A stretch of DNA of 64,000 bases from Acidilobaceae archaeon (GCA_038824665.1 JAWBBK010000001.1:128001-192000), one strand, 5' to 3'; shown: positions 50,008 through 60,366, counted from the first letter of the stretch. Translations and numbers: made by a program. The notes: generated by a model from the letters alone, not told the origin.

Positions 50008-50731
50008 CCAGGCTTTTATAGTAAACGTTAGACTTCTTCTTTATCTTCTTATATCCTAGCTTCTCTAGAGTCTCCCAAGAATATCTGAGAATTGGAAGGC
50101 GATCACCTCTTTTGAGGACCATTTCAAGCCATTTCAGAGTCCTCTCGTCTGAGGGATAACCGCTTCCCTCAACTCCATAAATGTCCGTAAGAACCTTTAT
50201 TCTAACATCTCTGAGGTGTTTAGCTATAATGCTTGCAGCCGCTACCTCAACATATTTATCATCCGCTTTCTCTTCAATTAGGATTTGTCCTTTAAACCCT
50301 TTGGCTCTGAGCTTAGAGAGAAGTCTAGAAGGGTCTCCAAATCGATCTATCACGATCTTGGCTTGAAGAATTTCGTCTCCTAGTCTAGCTCTTAGGTTTT
50401 CTAGCAAACTCAGAATCTTGACCTCCTCTAGGACGTTTACGTTGTATGTGTCTATCTCTCGAGGGGTCACAACGGTTACCGAAAAGGGCCACCTCTTAAG
50501 CACATGATATAAATCTCTCCTCTGCTTCTCGCTTAACTTTTTACTGTCCTTAACTCCTAACTCTATGAGAGTTTTCTCATCTTCATCGCTTATGACTATA
50601 GCTGCTATAAACATCTCTCCTACGATGCTCCCTCTGCCAGCCTCATCAATGCCTATCCTCAGCAAGCTGCCTGAAGGCATCGAACCCATTGAAGCTGGCC
50701 GTTGTCGTGACGAGAACTCTAACATCAACAA
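49994..50731 (-). CDS. rnhB: Ribonuclease HII
   Basis: GIDEAGRG, VKDSKKL, KAD, AAASIIAK, GSGYPSD; C-terminal PIP-like SLDEYL; start probably a few codons downstream. Confidence 0.93.
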   Translation of the reverse strand: MLMLEFSSRQRPASMGSMPSGSLLRIGIDEAGRGSIVGEMFIAAIVISDEDEKTLIELGVKDSKKLSEKQRRDLYHVLKRWPFSVTVVTPREIDTYNVNVLEEVKILSLLENLRARLGDEILQAKIVIDRFGDPSRLLSKLRAKGFKGQILIEEKADDKYVEVAAASIIAKHLRDVRIKVLTDIYGVEGSGYPSDERTLKWLEMVLKRGDRLPILRYSWETLEKLGYKKIKKKSNVYYKSLDEYL

Positions 50732-50732
50732 G

Positions 50733-51806
50733 TCATCTCCTAGGTTTTGTTTGTGAAGCTAAGGCTTTGACCCATTTAATTATCTTATGCTCAGGAGTCT
50801 CTAGGACTTCTAGAACTTTTTGAGAATCTACTCTGTGCTTTTCTGGGTCTCTCAATATGCTCTTTAAAACCTCTTTTGCTTCCTCGTAGTTTTTAGCGTA
50901 GGTTATAGATAAGCCTAGCTCAGCTAGCTTGAGGTCTATCTTTATCGGCTTATGAAAGACAGAGATGCCAGGAACTCCTAGAAGCGCTGCCTCTCTAGCC
51001 ATTGTTATCCCACCTGTAGCTACGGCAGCAGCATAACACTCTAACGCAGGTCCGAGAACAGGTTCGTCGACTACTTTGACCCCTTTGAGGGAAGTCAAGA
51101 CGCTCCTTTGTTCTTCATATCTGGGGAACAGGACTGGTTTATAGCCTTCATTCAAAACAACTTCTATTAGCTTAAACACTAAGCTCTCTCCACGGAACTC
51201 GTAGTAATGTGCTTTGAACTCTTCAGGTCTTAAGAGCACATAGCCGAGAGGCTCTAGACCTAGTTTCTTCACTTCCTCTAAATGTTCTTTACATTTGAAC
51301 TTCTTTATCCAGAGTAACTCGTCTACGCCAGCATAGGTCTCTATTATAGTGAAGTCCTTGAGAAAGAACTTAGCCAAATCTTCAATTACGAACTCACTTA
51401 TCACTGCAACCTTAGCTAAAGGATAAGACAATCTGTTCATAGCTTCTCCATGTGGAGTGTCCCCCATAGCTATGTATGGAATGCCGAGCCCGTAAGCTAC
51501 TCTAACGGCAGGAGGCGAAGGGTAAGAGATCAGAGCCACCACGTTTTTGTCTTCGAGAACTGAGAGCAGGTCTATCATTCTCCCTATATCGGCTACGAGC
51601 TTTCCTTTGAGCGACTCTCCTCCGTGAACTCCCACAACGACGTAGCTGAAGGGTTTAAGCTTTGAAAGCATCTTCAAACTATAGTCATAACTCCTTACAG
51701 TAATGAGAGGCTTAAATCCTTCGGCTTCTAGGGCTTCAGCTAGACTTGCTGATAGGAGGAGTCTTTTAGGAGTCGAGGCGTCGAGCCATACTACTTCAGA
51801 ACCCAG
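50733..51806 (-). CDS. DUF354-family (GT-B fold) protein, probable CTG start
   Basis: GVHGG, DTPH, MAREAALLGVP; the frame extends upstream through VVWLDASTPK to a CTG preceded by GGTGGA. Confidence 0.75.
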   Translation of the reverse strand: MGSEVVWLDASTPKRLLLSASLAEALEAEGFKPLITVRSYDYSLKMLSKLKPFSYVVVGVHGGESLKGKLVADIGRMIDLLSVLEDKNVVALISYPSPPAVRVAYGLGIPYIAMGDTPHGEAMNRLSYPLAKVAVISEFVIEDLAKFFLKDFTIIETYAGVDELLWIKKFKCKEHLEEVKKLGLEPLGYVLLRPEEFKAHYYEFRGESLVFKLIEVVLNEGYKPVLFPRYEEQRSVLTSLKGVKVVDEPVLGPALECYAAAVATGGITMAREAALLGVPGISVFHKPIKIDLKLAELGLSITYAKNYEEAKEVLKSILRDPEKHRVDSQKVLEVLETPEHKIIKWVKALASQTKPRR

Positions 51807-51906
51807 CTCGTTCCACCGCTGCTACCAGCTCTGACTTCGCTTTAATTTATGTTCTATATCTCTTATTTAAGATTCTGTTCTGAAACACTGCTACGGAGAT
51901 TAAACG

Positions 51907-53286
51907 ATGCGAGAAAAGAGGCTTTTTGGAACAGATGGAGTTAGAGGGATAACGGGTAGAGACTTAACTCCTGAACTCGCTTTGAGATTAGGAAGAGCGA
52001 TAGGAGCTTTTTTCGGAAAAGGAGCTAGAGTTCTGTTAGGTAGAGACGTTCGTTATGGAGGCGATATGATAGCTTCAGCTGTAGCTTCAGGACTTCTTGC
52101 TGAAGGAGTGAAAGTCTATTACGTTGGTCTTATCCCTACTCCAGCTCTTCAGTTTTCAGTTAGAACTTTAGGTTACGACGGAGGAGTTGTTGTAACTGCA
52201 AGCCACAACCCGCCTGAATACAACGGGATTAAAGTGATAGCTTCAGATGGAATTGAGTTAGACAGAGAATCGGAAAAAGTCGTTGAAGAGCTCTTCTTTT
52301 CTCAACGGTCTTCTGAGATAGAGTGGAGAGGCTTTGAAGACATAGTAGAAATCAGAACAAACCTTATAGAAAAATACGTTAATTCTATAGCTGAACACGT
52401 AGACTCTGAAGCTATAGCTAAAAGAGGGTTTAAAGTCGTAATAGATTGTGGAAACAGCGTTGGAGCTTTAGCTACTCCGTTATTGCTTAAAAAGCTTAAA
52501 GTCAAAACGTTAAGTCTTAACTGTCATCTAGATTCAGAGTTTCCAGGTAGAGAGCCAGAGCCTACTCCTCAATCTCTAAAAGAGGCATCGGCTTTAGTTA
52601 AAGAAGCTAAAGCAGATCTAGGAGTAGCTCATGACGGAGATGCCGATAGAGCTGTCTTTATAGATGAAAAAGGAAGAGTTGTATGGGGAGATAGAAGCGG
52701 AGCTGTGTTAGCGGCTTACGCTAGCTCTAAATGGTCAAACTATCCTAAAGTTGTCTTTACTGCTGTTTCTAGCAGTCCTTTAGTAGAAGAGTACTTAAAG
52801 AAATACAACATCTCAGTTAAATGGACTCCAGTAGGCTCTATAGTGATAGCTAGAAGCTTGATCAAAGAAGGAGGCATAGCTGGTTTTGAAGAAAACGGAG
52901 GCTATATACATGCTCCTTTTCAACCAGTTAGAGATGGAGCTATGGCTACTGCTTTAATGCTTGAAGCTTTAGCTAAAGAAAAAAAAGCTCTCTCTAGCTA
53001 TCTTGACGAAATGCCTCAACTTCATGTAATCAAAACAAAGATACCAACAGTTAAAGAGATAAGAGAATGTGCTATAGAAGCTGTAAAAAAGGCTTTCGCT
53101 AACTATAGGATTATAGAAATAGATGGAGTTAAAGCGATATCGGATAAAGGATGGGTTTTAGTAAGACCTAGCGGTACAGAGCCTGTGATCAGAATAGTTG
53201 TAGAAGGAAGAACTGAAAACGAAGCAGAACAGATGCTAAACGAAGCGATTAAAGCTATAGAGATAGAGTGTAAGAGGTTGAGATAG
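51907..53286 (+). CDS. Phosphoglucomutase/phosphomannomutase (GlmM family)
   Basis: LFGTDGVRG, TASHNP, DGDADR, FEENGG, RPSGTEP. Confidence 0.92.
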   Translation: MREKRLFGTDGVRGITGRDLTPELALRLGRAIGAFFGKGARVLLGRDVRYGGDMIASAVASGLLAEGVKVYYVGLIPTPALQFSVRTLGYDGGVVVTASHNPPEYNGIKVIASDGIELDRESEKVVEELFFSQRSSEIEWRGFEDIVEIRTNLIEKYVNSIAEHVDSEAIAKRGFKVVIDCGNSVGALATPLLLKKLKVKTLSLNCHLDSEFPGREPEPTPQSLKEASALVKEAKADLGVAHDGDADRAVFIDEKGRVVWGDRSGAVLAAYASSKWSNYPKVVFTAVSSSPLVEEYLKKYNISVKWTPVGSIVIARSLIKEGGIAGFEENGGYIHAPFQPVRDGAMATALMLEALAKEKKALSSYLDEMPQLHVIKTKIPTVKEIRECAIEAVKKAFANYRIIEIDGVKAISDKGWVLVRPSGTEPVIRIVVEGRTENEAEQMLNEAIKAIEIECKRLR

Positions 53287-53679
53287 TTGAGATTTTATTT
53301 TTTAGAGCTGTTAGCTTGTCCTAAATGTAAGTCTGCTAACCTCAAGCTTTTCGTACTGAAAGAAGAGGTCAGAGAGGTACGAAGTCCTCTCGAGAAGTTG
53401 AGATGCAAAAGGTTCTGCGGGCTTTACAGAAGGCCTGCAGAAGAGACTCCTATCGATTTGTGTAAAGAGTGTGTCAGAAGAGTCATAGTAGACGGAGTGA
53501 TCGTGTGTCTTGATTGTAACAGATGGTATCCAATTATCGACTCGATCCCGGTTATGTTGCCAGATAAGTACAGAGGAGGTCCAGAGGACAGAAGCTTTCT
53601 CAAAAAGTACTGGAACTCTCTCTCTGAGGATTTGAAAACAGTGATGAAAGAGCCTGAACCTAAAGGGCTTCTTGGCTGA
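53287..53679 (+). CDS. Trm112-like protein with extra Cys-rich insert
   Basis: LELLACP.CK, G..VC.DCNRWYPIIDSIPVMLP. Confidence 0.75.
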   Translation: MRFYFLELLACPKCKSANLKLFVLKEEVREVRSPLEKLRCKRFCGLYRRPAEETPIDLCKECVRRVIVDGVIVCLDCNRWYPIIDSIPVMLPDKYRGGPEDRSFLKKYWNSLSEDLKTVMKEPEPKGLLG

Positions 53680-54235
53680 AGACTGTATTAAGAAGTTCTT
53701 CCGGCTAGAAGACCCAGGCCAGAAGATAGCTAAGGGAGCTTTGGTGATAGAAGAGAGGAAAGAGCCGGCCACATTAGAAGAGATAGCCGAGTGGATTAAG
53801 AAGAGGTTAAAGGAGGTAGAAGAAGAAGAGAGAATGTTGAGAACTCTTCTTTTACTCATAGAAGAGAGAGAGGTGTCGAGACCAGACGAGATAGTAGAAG
53901 AGATAAGAGTTGGGAAGAAGAGGATCGGAAGATTGCATAAAGGAAGCAACTACGTAAGAGCAGTTCCAGAAGCTCCTATAATCTTAGTGACTGAGGTCAG
54001 AGAATATTTATTAAGCTTAGAGGAAGAACTCAGAGGATCTTCTCACAACATGTTGGAACCTCCTAGACTTATCGTAAAGGAGAGACCTGACGGAACTGTT
54101 CAAGAGATAAGGTTTGAGAACCTTCAAACTACGCTAGAGTTTATAAAAGCCAAGGCTGGCCTTACGTATGCCATTGAGACATCTTTTCAACTAGTGAAGA
54201 ACAAGAGTCGAGAGAGAGAAGCAGAGGCTCTTTGA
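53672..54235 (+). CDS. Hypothetical coiled-coil protein
   Basis: E/K/R-rich helical ORF overlapping the upstream gene. Confidence 0.65.
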   Translation: MAEDCIKKFFRLEDPGQKIAKGALVIEERKEPATLEEIAEWIKKRLKEVEEEERMLRTLLLLIEEREVSRPDEIVEEIRVGKKRIGRLHKGSNYVRAVPEAPIILVTEVREYLLSLEEELRGSSHNMLEPPRLIVKERPDGTVQEIRFENLQTTLEFIKAKAGLTYAIETSFQLVKNKSREREAEAL

Positions 54236-54259
54236 GGGTCTTTGGTTACATCAGATAGA

Positions 54260-54697
54260 TCAGATAGATATGGACGGCCATCTGCGCTCTTGATCTTCTC
54301 GCACTTCTCCTGAAGTCCATCTTGTTTGAAATAGCACCGGGCTTAACTTGTTATCAGCATGATACTTCTCTATAGTATTCCTCACTTCAGTTGTATGTGT
54401 CATGTCGAGCTTGAGGAGTAACTCCAAGACCTGCATAGTAGTCTTCCAAACTTCTAGGAGCTGTTCTTTCGTTAGAACGCTAGCGATTAAGGGGTCTTGC
54501 ATCCAATCGTCGAATGCTTTGAGAGTTCTTATCAGATGATTGAATGCTGCTCTAGTGTGGATGATCATGTGAAGTCTATCTGCGCTTTCTATCTTTGAAT
54601 CGACTTGTTTGAAGCTCTCTAGCATGTACTTCTGGTAGCTAACCCACCTTTCCAAGCTTCTTAAAAACTCTTTTATATCTCTCTGAGAGCTAGACAA
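54260..54697 (-). CDS. DUF2153-like crenarchaeal protein
   Basis: ADRL....R.AF.H..RTLKAFDDWMQDP. Confidence 0.7.
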   Translation of the reverse strand: MSSSQRDIKEFLRSLERWVSYQKYMLESFKQVDSKIESADRLHMIIHTRAAFNHLIRTLKAFDDWMQDPLIASVLTKEQLLEVWKTTMQVLELLLKLDMTHTTEVRNTIEKYHADNKLSPVLFQTRWTSGEVREDQERRWPSISI

Positions 54698-55103
54698 GCT
54701 TGCACCCGTTAGATTTCGACAGGCGAGACCTAATTTTTAGTTGTGGTCTTTAGATTCATAGGAGATTAGAGACGACTTCTGAATATGTCTAGTCGTTTTG
54801 TCTGAATTTGCTAAGGCTAATAGTTTACTGGCTTATCTTCTAAATAGACAATTTTTGAAGACCAAAAAAGCTCGTACACATTTAGGTTGAGCAGGAAAAA
54901 CTTTCTTCACATCAGCCTTAGAGACCTCTTTAGCTATATCTGTGACAGGTTTTGTTACGTTGAGGCGAGATCTTCAGGGGTTCTCATGTCTTCTGCTTAG
55001 GGACTTTGAGACACTTCTTTAAGACTAAATTCAGTCAACTCGAAAGTCTATCTCATTAAGTTCGTTAAGCTTGGCTTAAAGCGAGATGACCAAAAAGCTT
55101 TCC

Positions 55104-55166
55104 GGTCAATCCTTTGACCCCACATCAACGGAGCTTCCTCAGACTATGTCGGCTCTATCATCCCAG
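55104..55166 (-). ncRNA. Candidate C/D box sRNA guiding to 23S rRNA domain V
   Basis: GGGATGA-TAGAGCCGACATAGT-CTGA...TTGATGT-GGGGTCAAAGGA-TTGA; GAGCCGACAT is antisense to the conserved 23S sequence AUGUCGGCUC. Confidence 0.55.
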
Positions 55167-55213
55167 TTATGTCTTGTTGACTGAAGCCTTTAAGCAGAGA
55201 GCTGTGACGTATC

Positions 55214-55741
55214 TCAGCTTAGCGTCTCTAACTCACAGTTCTTTTCTCTCTTACACGCTTCTATAGCTATGTTGAAAAGAGCTTGACTCATTATATTCAG
55301 GGTTTCTCCTAACGTGATCATCCAGTCCTGTTGAGTTCCTAGTATTAAGCTACAGAGAACTCTCTCAGCTCTTCTCACTATAGCCCTTCCCACGTGTATA
55401 GCGGCCACTTCAGGAGGTCCTGAGGGAGCTAGAAAGGCTTTAGGCCTTTCGCCTCCTCTTTTTTTGAGAACTTCTTTCATGAAGTTTATATCTTCGTTAG
55501 TGACGAGCAAGCTACCTAGATAGACCGAAGCTGCGACTTTGTATAGGATCTCTTGGATGCGTTTGAGATCCTCTTTGAGTTCCTTATCTTTCAGAAAGGC
55601 TCTAGCTAACCCGAGCGTAGCTACAGCTTCGTCAATGCTACCGTAGAACTCCACCAGCGTATGACTCTTGGGTACCCTTAGACCTCCTTTACCTAGAGTA
55701 TAACAGACCTCGACTTCTTCCACCAAGTTCTTCGCCTCCAT
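55214..55741 (-). CDS. PduO-type ATP:cob(I)alamin adenosyltransferase-like protein
   Basis: RVPK....EFYGSIDEA.A.LG, HVGRAIVRRAER; N-terminal TGD.G motif degenerate. Confidence 0.75.
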   Translation of the reverse strand: MEAKNLVEEVEVCYTLGKGGLRVPKSHTLVEFYGSIDEAVATLGLARAFLKDKELKEDLKRIQEILYKVAASVYLGSLLVTNEDINFMKEVLKKRGGERPKAFLAPSGPPEVAAIHVGRAIVRRAERVLCSLILGTQQDWMITLGETLNIMSQALFNIAIEACKREKNCELETLS

Positions 55742-55967
55742 CGTCTAAGTCCTTCAAGATCTCTAAAAGGAGGTCTACTCTCCTATCTCTTCTAAGCTCT
55801 TCGAGTTTCTTCTTCAGTCTCCAGTTTTTTCTCCTTCCTGAAATCTTTATTGCCAAATTCAATGCTTTCAGTCCTTCGGAGGTCAGAAGACCTCTCTTAT
55901 CGTAATAAGTTCCTTGACCTTCAGCTATTATCTTGAGCAAACAGAACAGATCGTACTCAAAACTCAA
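55689..55967 (-). CDS. Hypothetical protein
   Basis: 92-aa ORF with GAGGAG upstream, overlaps the next gene. Confidence 0.55.
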   Translation of the reverse strand: MSFEYDLFCLLKIIAEGQGTYYDKRGLLTSEGLKALNLAIKISGRRKNWRLKKKLEELRRDRRVDLLLEILKDLDDGGEELGGRSRGLLYSR

Positions 55968-56060
55968 AAGAGGCTCCTCGGAGACTTTTTATGACTTTCA
56001 ACACCTTTAACTGCTCTGATCTACTTCAGCTATCGTAAGGACTTGGGAACCTTGATCTGT

Positions 56061-56267
56061 TTAAACTTGATAGAGCTTTTGGACAACGTCTGGAGGTAAA
56101 TCTTTCTCGTGAATTACCTTAAAGCTTCTGGGAACTCTTCTTGTTTTTAGATCAAGGATCACGTACTTAGATGAGTCTTTCTCGTCTCTGCTCTTAAGCA
56201 CTCTGAGCTTAACGTACCATCCGTCTTTCCTTCTCACGTAGGCATACTTTTCGTGCTTTCCGCTCAT
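56061..56267 (-). CDS. Small basic conserved crenarchaeal protein
   Basis: KH.KY.YV...DGWYVKLRVLK...DLP; compact and basic. Confidence 0.7.
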   Translation of the reverse strand: MSGKHEKYAYVRRKDGWYVKLRVLKSRDEKDSSKYVILDLKTRRVPRSFKVIHEKDLPPDVVQKLYQV

Positions 56268-56329
56268 ATGGATCCCTATTCGAAGAGAGCGGTAGACCTT
56301 AAAAACAATGATGTCTTTTTAAATAAGTT

Positions 56330-57091
56330 TTGGAGACTGAGATGATAGTTTACGATATACATTGTCATCTCTATGAGTACAACGATGAAGAAATAGCCAG
56401 ACTCTTCGAGGAAGACAAGAACTTACGTGTAGTTGCTGTTTCAGACGATAGAGAGTCGCTTATAAGAACTGTTGCTTTAGGTCAAGCGTATCCTGATAGA
56501 GTAATTCCATGTGCAGGTTTTCATCCTTGGAACTTGAAGCGAGAACGAGGTTCAACAGAAGCTGAAGAGATATTAAGACTCGCCTACAGACTTGACATTT
56601 CTTGTCTGGGCGAGATAGGGCTAGACGCTAAGTTCCTATCTGACCACACATTGCAGATACAGAAAGAGATTTTGGCTAAGTTTCTCCTATTAGCTCGAGA
56701 GGTTCCAGTCTTCCTTGTACTTCACTCTCCAGACGCGTGGAAAGAGGTCTTCCTGATGCTTGTAGAGCACGATATCGATAAAGCGGTCTTTCACTGGTAT
56801 ACAGGCTCAATTAATCTAGCTCAGTTAATAGCGACGAGAGGTTACAAGATTTCGATTAATCCAGCTGTCAGGGTTCAGGAAAAGCACGCTCAGGTAGCTA
56901 AGAGCGTTCCGTTAGACTCCATAGTGTTAGAGAGCGACGCCCCATATGATTACAAAGGACTAAAGTTAAGTCCTCTGATGATCCGAGAGACTCTAAAGTT
57001 TCTAGCTGAAGTAAGGAGACGCTCTGTAGAAGAGCTTCTAGAGATCGTTAGGGAGAACAGCGAGAAGCTGATAGGGAGAGCTCTTGTCTAG
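56330..57091 (+). CDS. TatD-family deoxyribonuclease
   Basis: DIHCH, GFHPW, GEIGLD, FHWYTG, LESDAPY. Confidence 0.9.
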   Translation: METEMIVYDIHCHLYEYNDEEIARLFEEDKNLRVVAVSDDRESLIRTVALGQAYPDRVIPCAGFHPWNLKRERGSTEAEEILRLAYRLDISCLGEIGLDAKFLSDHTLQIQKEILAKFLLLAREVPVFLVLHSPDAWKEVFLMLVEHDIDKAVFHWYTGSINLAQLIATRGYKISINPAVRVQEKHAQVAKSVPLDSIVLESDAPYDYKGLKLSPLMIRETLKFLAEVRRRSVEELLEIVRENSEKLIGRALV

Positions 57092-57807
57092 TTCTTCACA
57101 GTTACACATTCCCCTTCGTTCTTAGGCTCGAGCCAAGCTTTCTCAATATCTAGACGATATGTATCGAGAGCCTCTTTTACAGCACGTCCCTCTAGACATA
57201 ACTTTTCGTGGAAGAGAGGAGCATCTACGACCAGCGTCTCAGCTTCTCCTCCTTCGAAAGCGGGATTGAAGCCGTACCTTTTAGAGAGCGCTACTATTTC
57301 AGCTACGTGTTTGGGTTGGAGCACGACTCCTAGGTGTTTAATGCCTAGTCCCATTGTCGAGATCTTAACTATCACGATTTTGAAACCCTCTCTAACGAGA
57401 GAGTTCAGATAAACTTCTTGGTTTATGCCCCAAAGAGGAGCATAGACTTTAAGTCCCAACCTAGACGCTATAGCCATTATTCGGTCTTTCTGGAATCTGC
57501 TCGAGATAACGCCTATAGCTATACCTTCGATGTCATACTTCTCGATAACAGTTTTAAGTACGTTCTCCAGCTCGAACAGTTCGGAACCTTTAGACCCCGA
57601 TACCAAGAACTCTTCTAATCTGTCTTTCATCCTCATGGCTTCGGCTTGTAGACTCACTAGAGAGGTAGCAGGAACATGAAAGAGCCAGCTCTCTCCACTC
57701 ATGCTGTGAAAGACTATAAGACACTCGACGCTATGTCCTTCCCAAATGGCTTTATGAAGTGAGTAAACGCTATCCTTCCCTCCTGAAATCAAAACGCAGA
57801 GCCTCAA
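57088..57807 (-). CDS. dph6: Diphthine-ammonia ligase
   Basis: SGGKDS, SWLFH, APLW, FEGGEAETLVVDAPLF. Confidence 0.88.
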   Translation of the reverse strand: MRLCVLISGGKDSVYSLHKAIWEGHSVECLIVFHSMSGESWLFHVPATSLVSLQAEAMRMKDRLEEFLVSGSKGSELFELENVLKTVIEKYDIEGIAIGVISSRFQKDRIMAIASRLGLKVYAPLWGINQEVYLNSLVREGFKIVIVKISTMGLGIKHLGVVLQPKHVAEIVALSKRYGFNPAFEGGEAETLVVDAPLFHEKLCLEGRAVKEALDTYRLDIEKAWLEPKNEGECVTVKN

Positions 57808-58132
57808 GAAGCTCTTGCGCCTCCTTCAAGCAGATGTTCCTAGCTCTTGAGAGAGACCCCTCTGCAGGATCTCCTTCAGCTTTAGTCTTTAGTCTCAAGC
57901 TAATCGCATCAAACCTCTTTTCTTCAAATGCGAGAATCACAGCTTCACAAAGCCGAAGTCTAGCGTAACAGAGCTTTACAGAGCCTAGAGAGAGAGCATC
58001 GAAACATCTCTCTGGAGGTTTCGAGAGTTCTGCGTAGAAGTCTATGCTATATAGTCTTTCTCCGTTAGGAGAGTCTACGCGAATAACTCTATAAAATCTA
58101 TTGAAGTACTCTTCCAGAACGGGAGATAACAT
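57770..58132 (-). CDS. Hypothetical protein
   Basis: 120-aa ORF with GGAG SD, coupled to dph6. Confidence 0.65.
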   Translation of the reverse strand: MLSPVLEEYFNRFYRVIRVDSPNGERLYSIDFYAELSKPPERCFDALSLGSVKLCYARLRLCEAVILAFEEKRFDAISLRLKTKAEGDPAEGSLSRARNICLKEAQELLEALRFDFRREG

Positions 58133-58140
58133 ACAGCTCC

Positions 58141-58398
58141 TTACTCCTCAAAAACAGGCGTCGCTATAAGCAGTTTGCTTCCACAGTAGGGACATTTGTA
58201 CTTCATTGTTCTGCTACACGCATGACAGAAGTACGCTTCGACAGTTGTCCTACACTTAGGACAGACATAGGCTATTTGTTTTTTAGATTTACCTATGCTA
58301 CCTAGCAGGTCTAATGGAGTAGCGCAAATCCTACACTTCACTGTAAACCATCCGGTGTGACCCATCGCGTTTGCTCCTTTCAGTAAGCCTATAGTCAC
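58141..58398 (-). CDS. Small zinc-finger protein
   Basis: CRIC, CPKC, CHAC, CPYC; start probably at MGHTG. Confidence 0.7.
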   Translation of the reverse strand: MTIGLLKGANAMGHTGWFTVKCRICATPLDLLGSIGKSKKQIAYVCPKCRTTVEAYFCHACSRTMKYKCPYCGSKLLIATPVFEE

Positions 58399-58533
58399 TC
58401 TCTTTCGCCTCCGAATCCCTCCTCTCTCGGACCTTATATCAGCTTAGCTCTCCGTTAGCCCGAGCTGACTCGACTTCAGCTCTTCGGAAACCCTTATAAG
58501 TCTTCGGGGGAGGATTGTGGAGATTAAGGGAAC

Positions 58534-58610
<77 letters not shown>

Positions 58611-58695
58611 GTTCCTACCTCTTCTGTTCTACTGAACTATGTCTAGATGAAACTTTATAGGGGGTGGGATTAAAGGCTGAAGAGAGAGGGGGTTA

Positions 58696-59937
58696 ATGAG
58701 AGGGGACAGACTTACTAGAAACGTCTATGTAGAGGAGTGGAAGGCTCCTAGTGTTTCAGATATGGAAGTAGAGATCGTGGAGAGAAAGGGTCTCGGACAT
58801 CCAGACCATATATGTGATGCAGTTTCTGAAGCTGTCAGTATAGCCCTAAGCAGGTATTACATTGAAAGGTTCGGGAGAATTCTACATCACAATGTAGACA
58901 AGGTACTTCTCGTAGGAGGACAAGCAAAGCCTCGCTTCGGTGGAGGTGAGGTTCTTCAGCCCATAAGGATAATAGTATCGGGTAGAGTCACAACTGAGGT
59001 AATCGATAACGGTAACGTCGAATACGTCCCCTTTGGGACTTTGGTAATAGAAGCTACGAAGTCCTGGCTTAAAAAGAACTTCAGGTTTTTAGACCCAGAC
59101 TTCCATGTAATAGTAGACTATAAAATCGGTAAGGGTAGCGCTGACTTAAGATCAGTTGTTGAGGCCGAGTCTAAAATACCTCTAGCTAATGATACTAGCG
59201 TAGGTCTAGGCTTTGCACCTCTCTCAACTTTAGAAAAGCTAGTGTTAGAAACCGAGAAGTTTTTGAACGATAAAGAGTTCAAGAAAAAGTATCCGGCTGT
59301 AGGAGAAGACGTTAAAGTAATGGGTCTACGCAAAGGCAAGAAGATAATGCTAACCGTAGCGGCTGCTATGATAAGCGGTCTGATACTAGACCCCGACGAG
59401 TACTTCTCCATAAAAGAAGACATAAAGGAGGAAGTTCTGTCCCTAACATCCAGGATAGCTCCAGAACACGAGGTAGAGGTCTACATCAACACTGCAGACT
59501 CTAAAGAGAAAGGGATCTATTACCTAACCGTTACAGGTACTAGTGCTGAACACGGAGACGACGGAGCTACGGGCAGAGGGAATAGAGCGAATGGTCTCAT
59601 CACCCCCTTCAGACCCATGAGTCTTGAGGCTACAGCAGGAAAGAATCCTATAAGTCACGTTGGTAAGATATACAATGTAGTGGCTAAGGACATAGCTGAG
59701 TCTGTGTACTCACGTCTAGAGTCGAGAGGAGTCAGAGAGGTCTACGTTTCTCTGCTCAGCCAGATCGGAAGACCTATAGATGACCCATTGATCGCAGACA
59801 TCAAGATCAAGATGAGACAAGGATACTCGCTGACCTCTGATATAGCTAACGAGGCTCTAGGAGTCGCGGAGGAGAAGCTGGAGAACATAACCTCATATGT
59901 TGAAAAGATCCTCAGAGGAGAGGTCCAACTGTTTTAA
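58696..59937 (+). CDS. mat: S-adenosylmethionine synthetase, archaeal type
   Basis: [49 protein letters not shown]. Confidence 0.95.
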   Translation: MRGDRLTRNVYVEEWKAPSVSDMEVEIVERKGLGHPDHICDAVSEAVSIALSRYYIERFGRILHHNVDKVLLVGGQAKPRFGGGEVLQPIRIIVSGRVTTEVIDNGNVEYVPFGTLVIEATKSWLKKNFRFLDPDFHVIVDYKIGKGSADLRSVVEAESKIPLANDTSVGLGFAPLSTLEKLVLETEKFLNDKEFKKKYPAVGEDVKVMGLRKGKKIMLTVAAAMISGLILDPDEYFSIKEDIKEEVLSLTSRIAPEHEVEVYINTADSKEKGIYYLTVTGTSAEHGDDGATGRGNRANGLITPFRPMSLEATAGKNPISHVGKIYNVVAKDIAESVYSRLESRGVREVYVSLLSQIGRPIDDPLIADIKIKMRQGYSLTSDIANEALGVAEEKLENITSYVEKILRGEVQLF

Positions 59938-60000
59938 AACCAATACAGACGTTTTTTTAATTAACTCCTTTTAAAGTTTAAAAACGCTGTTTTAAGGTAC

Positions 60001-60366
60001 TTGTCACGAGGGCTTCTACGGTTGGAGATTGCTTTTGAAGGGCTTGCAAAGTTCTTTAAATTGCTTTCAGACCCCACGAGATTAAAGATATTGATGTACA
60101 TAATGGCTCTAGGTCCTACCTCTCCTTTAAAGATTTCTCAAGACTTAGGAAAGTCTACCAACCTGGTCTCCTACCACTTAGGCTTTCTTAGCAGAATCGG
60201 ACTTGTAAGCAAAAAGCGACAAGGTAAGAGAGTACTTTACACTTTGTCTGACAAGGAGTTCGAAAAGTTGCTTTCTCTCCTAGCAGATTACTTCAAACGC
60301 AAGAGTTCTATGGACAGCTTACAGTTCAGAAGGTTCAGATCTAACTCTAGTGGAGGTCGTGTCTAA
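60001..60366 (+). CDS. ArsR/SmtB-family transcriptional regulator
   Basis: FKLLSDPTRLKIL, VSYHL..L...GLV...RQGK...Y. Confidence 0.85.
   Translation: MSRGLLRLEIAFEGLAKFFKLLSDPTRLKILMYIMALGPTSPLKISQDLGKSTNLVSYHLGFLSRIGLVSKKRQGKRVLYTLSDKEFEKLLSLLADYFKRKSSMDSLQFRRFRSNSSGGRV

Noticed and set aside
53311-53949. 212-aa minus-strand ORF and many similar Ser/Leu-rich antisense ORFs
   Set aside because: Shadows of well-supported genes on the opposite strand.
54880-54940. CTGA-T-GTGAAGA on the minus strand as a D'/C' pair
   Set aside because: No C box or D box at suitable spacing.
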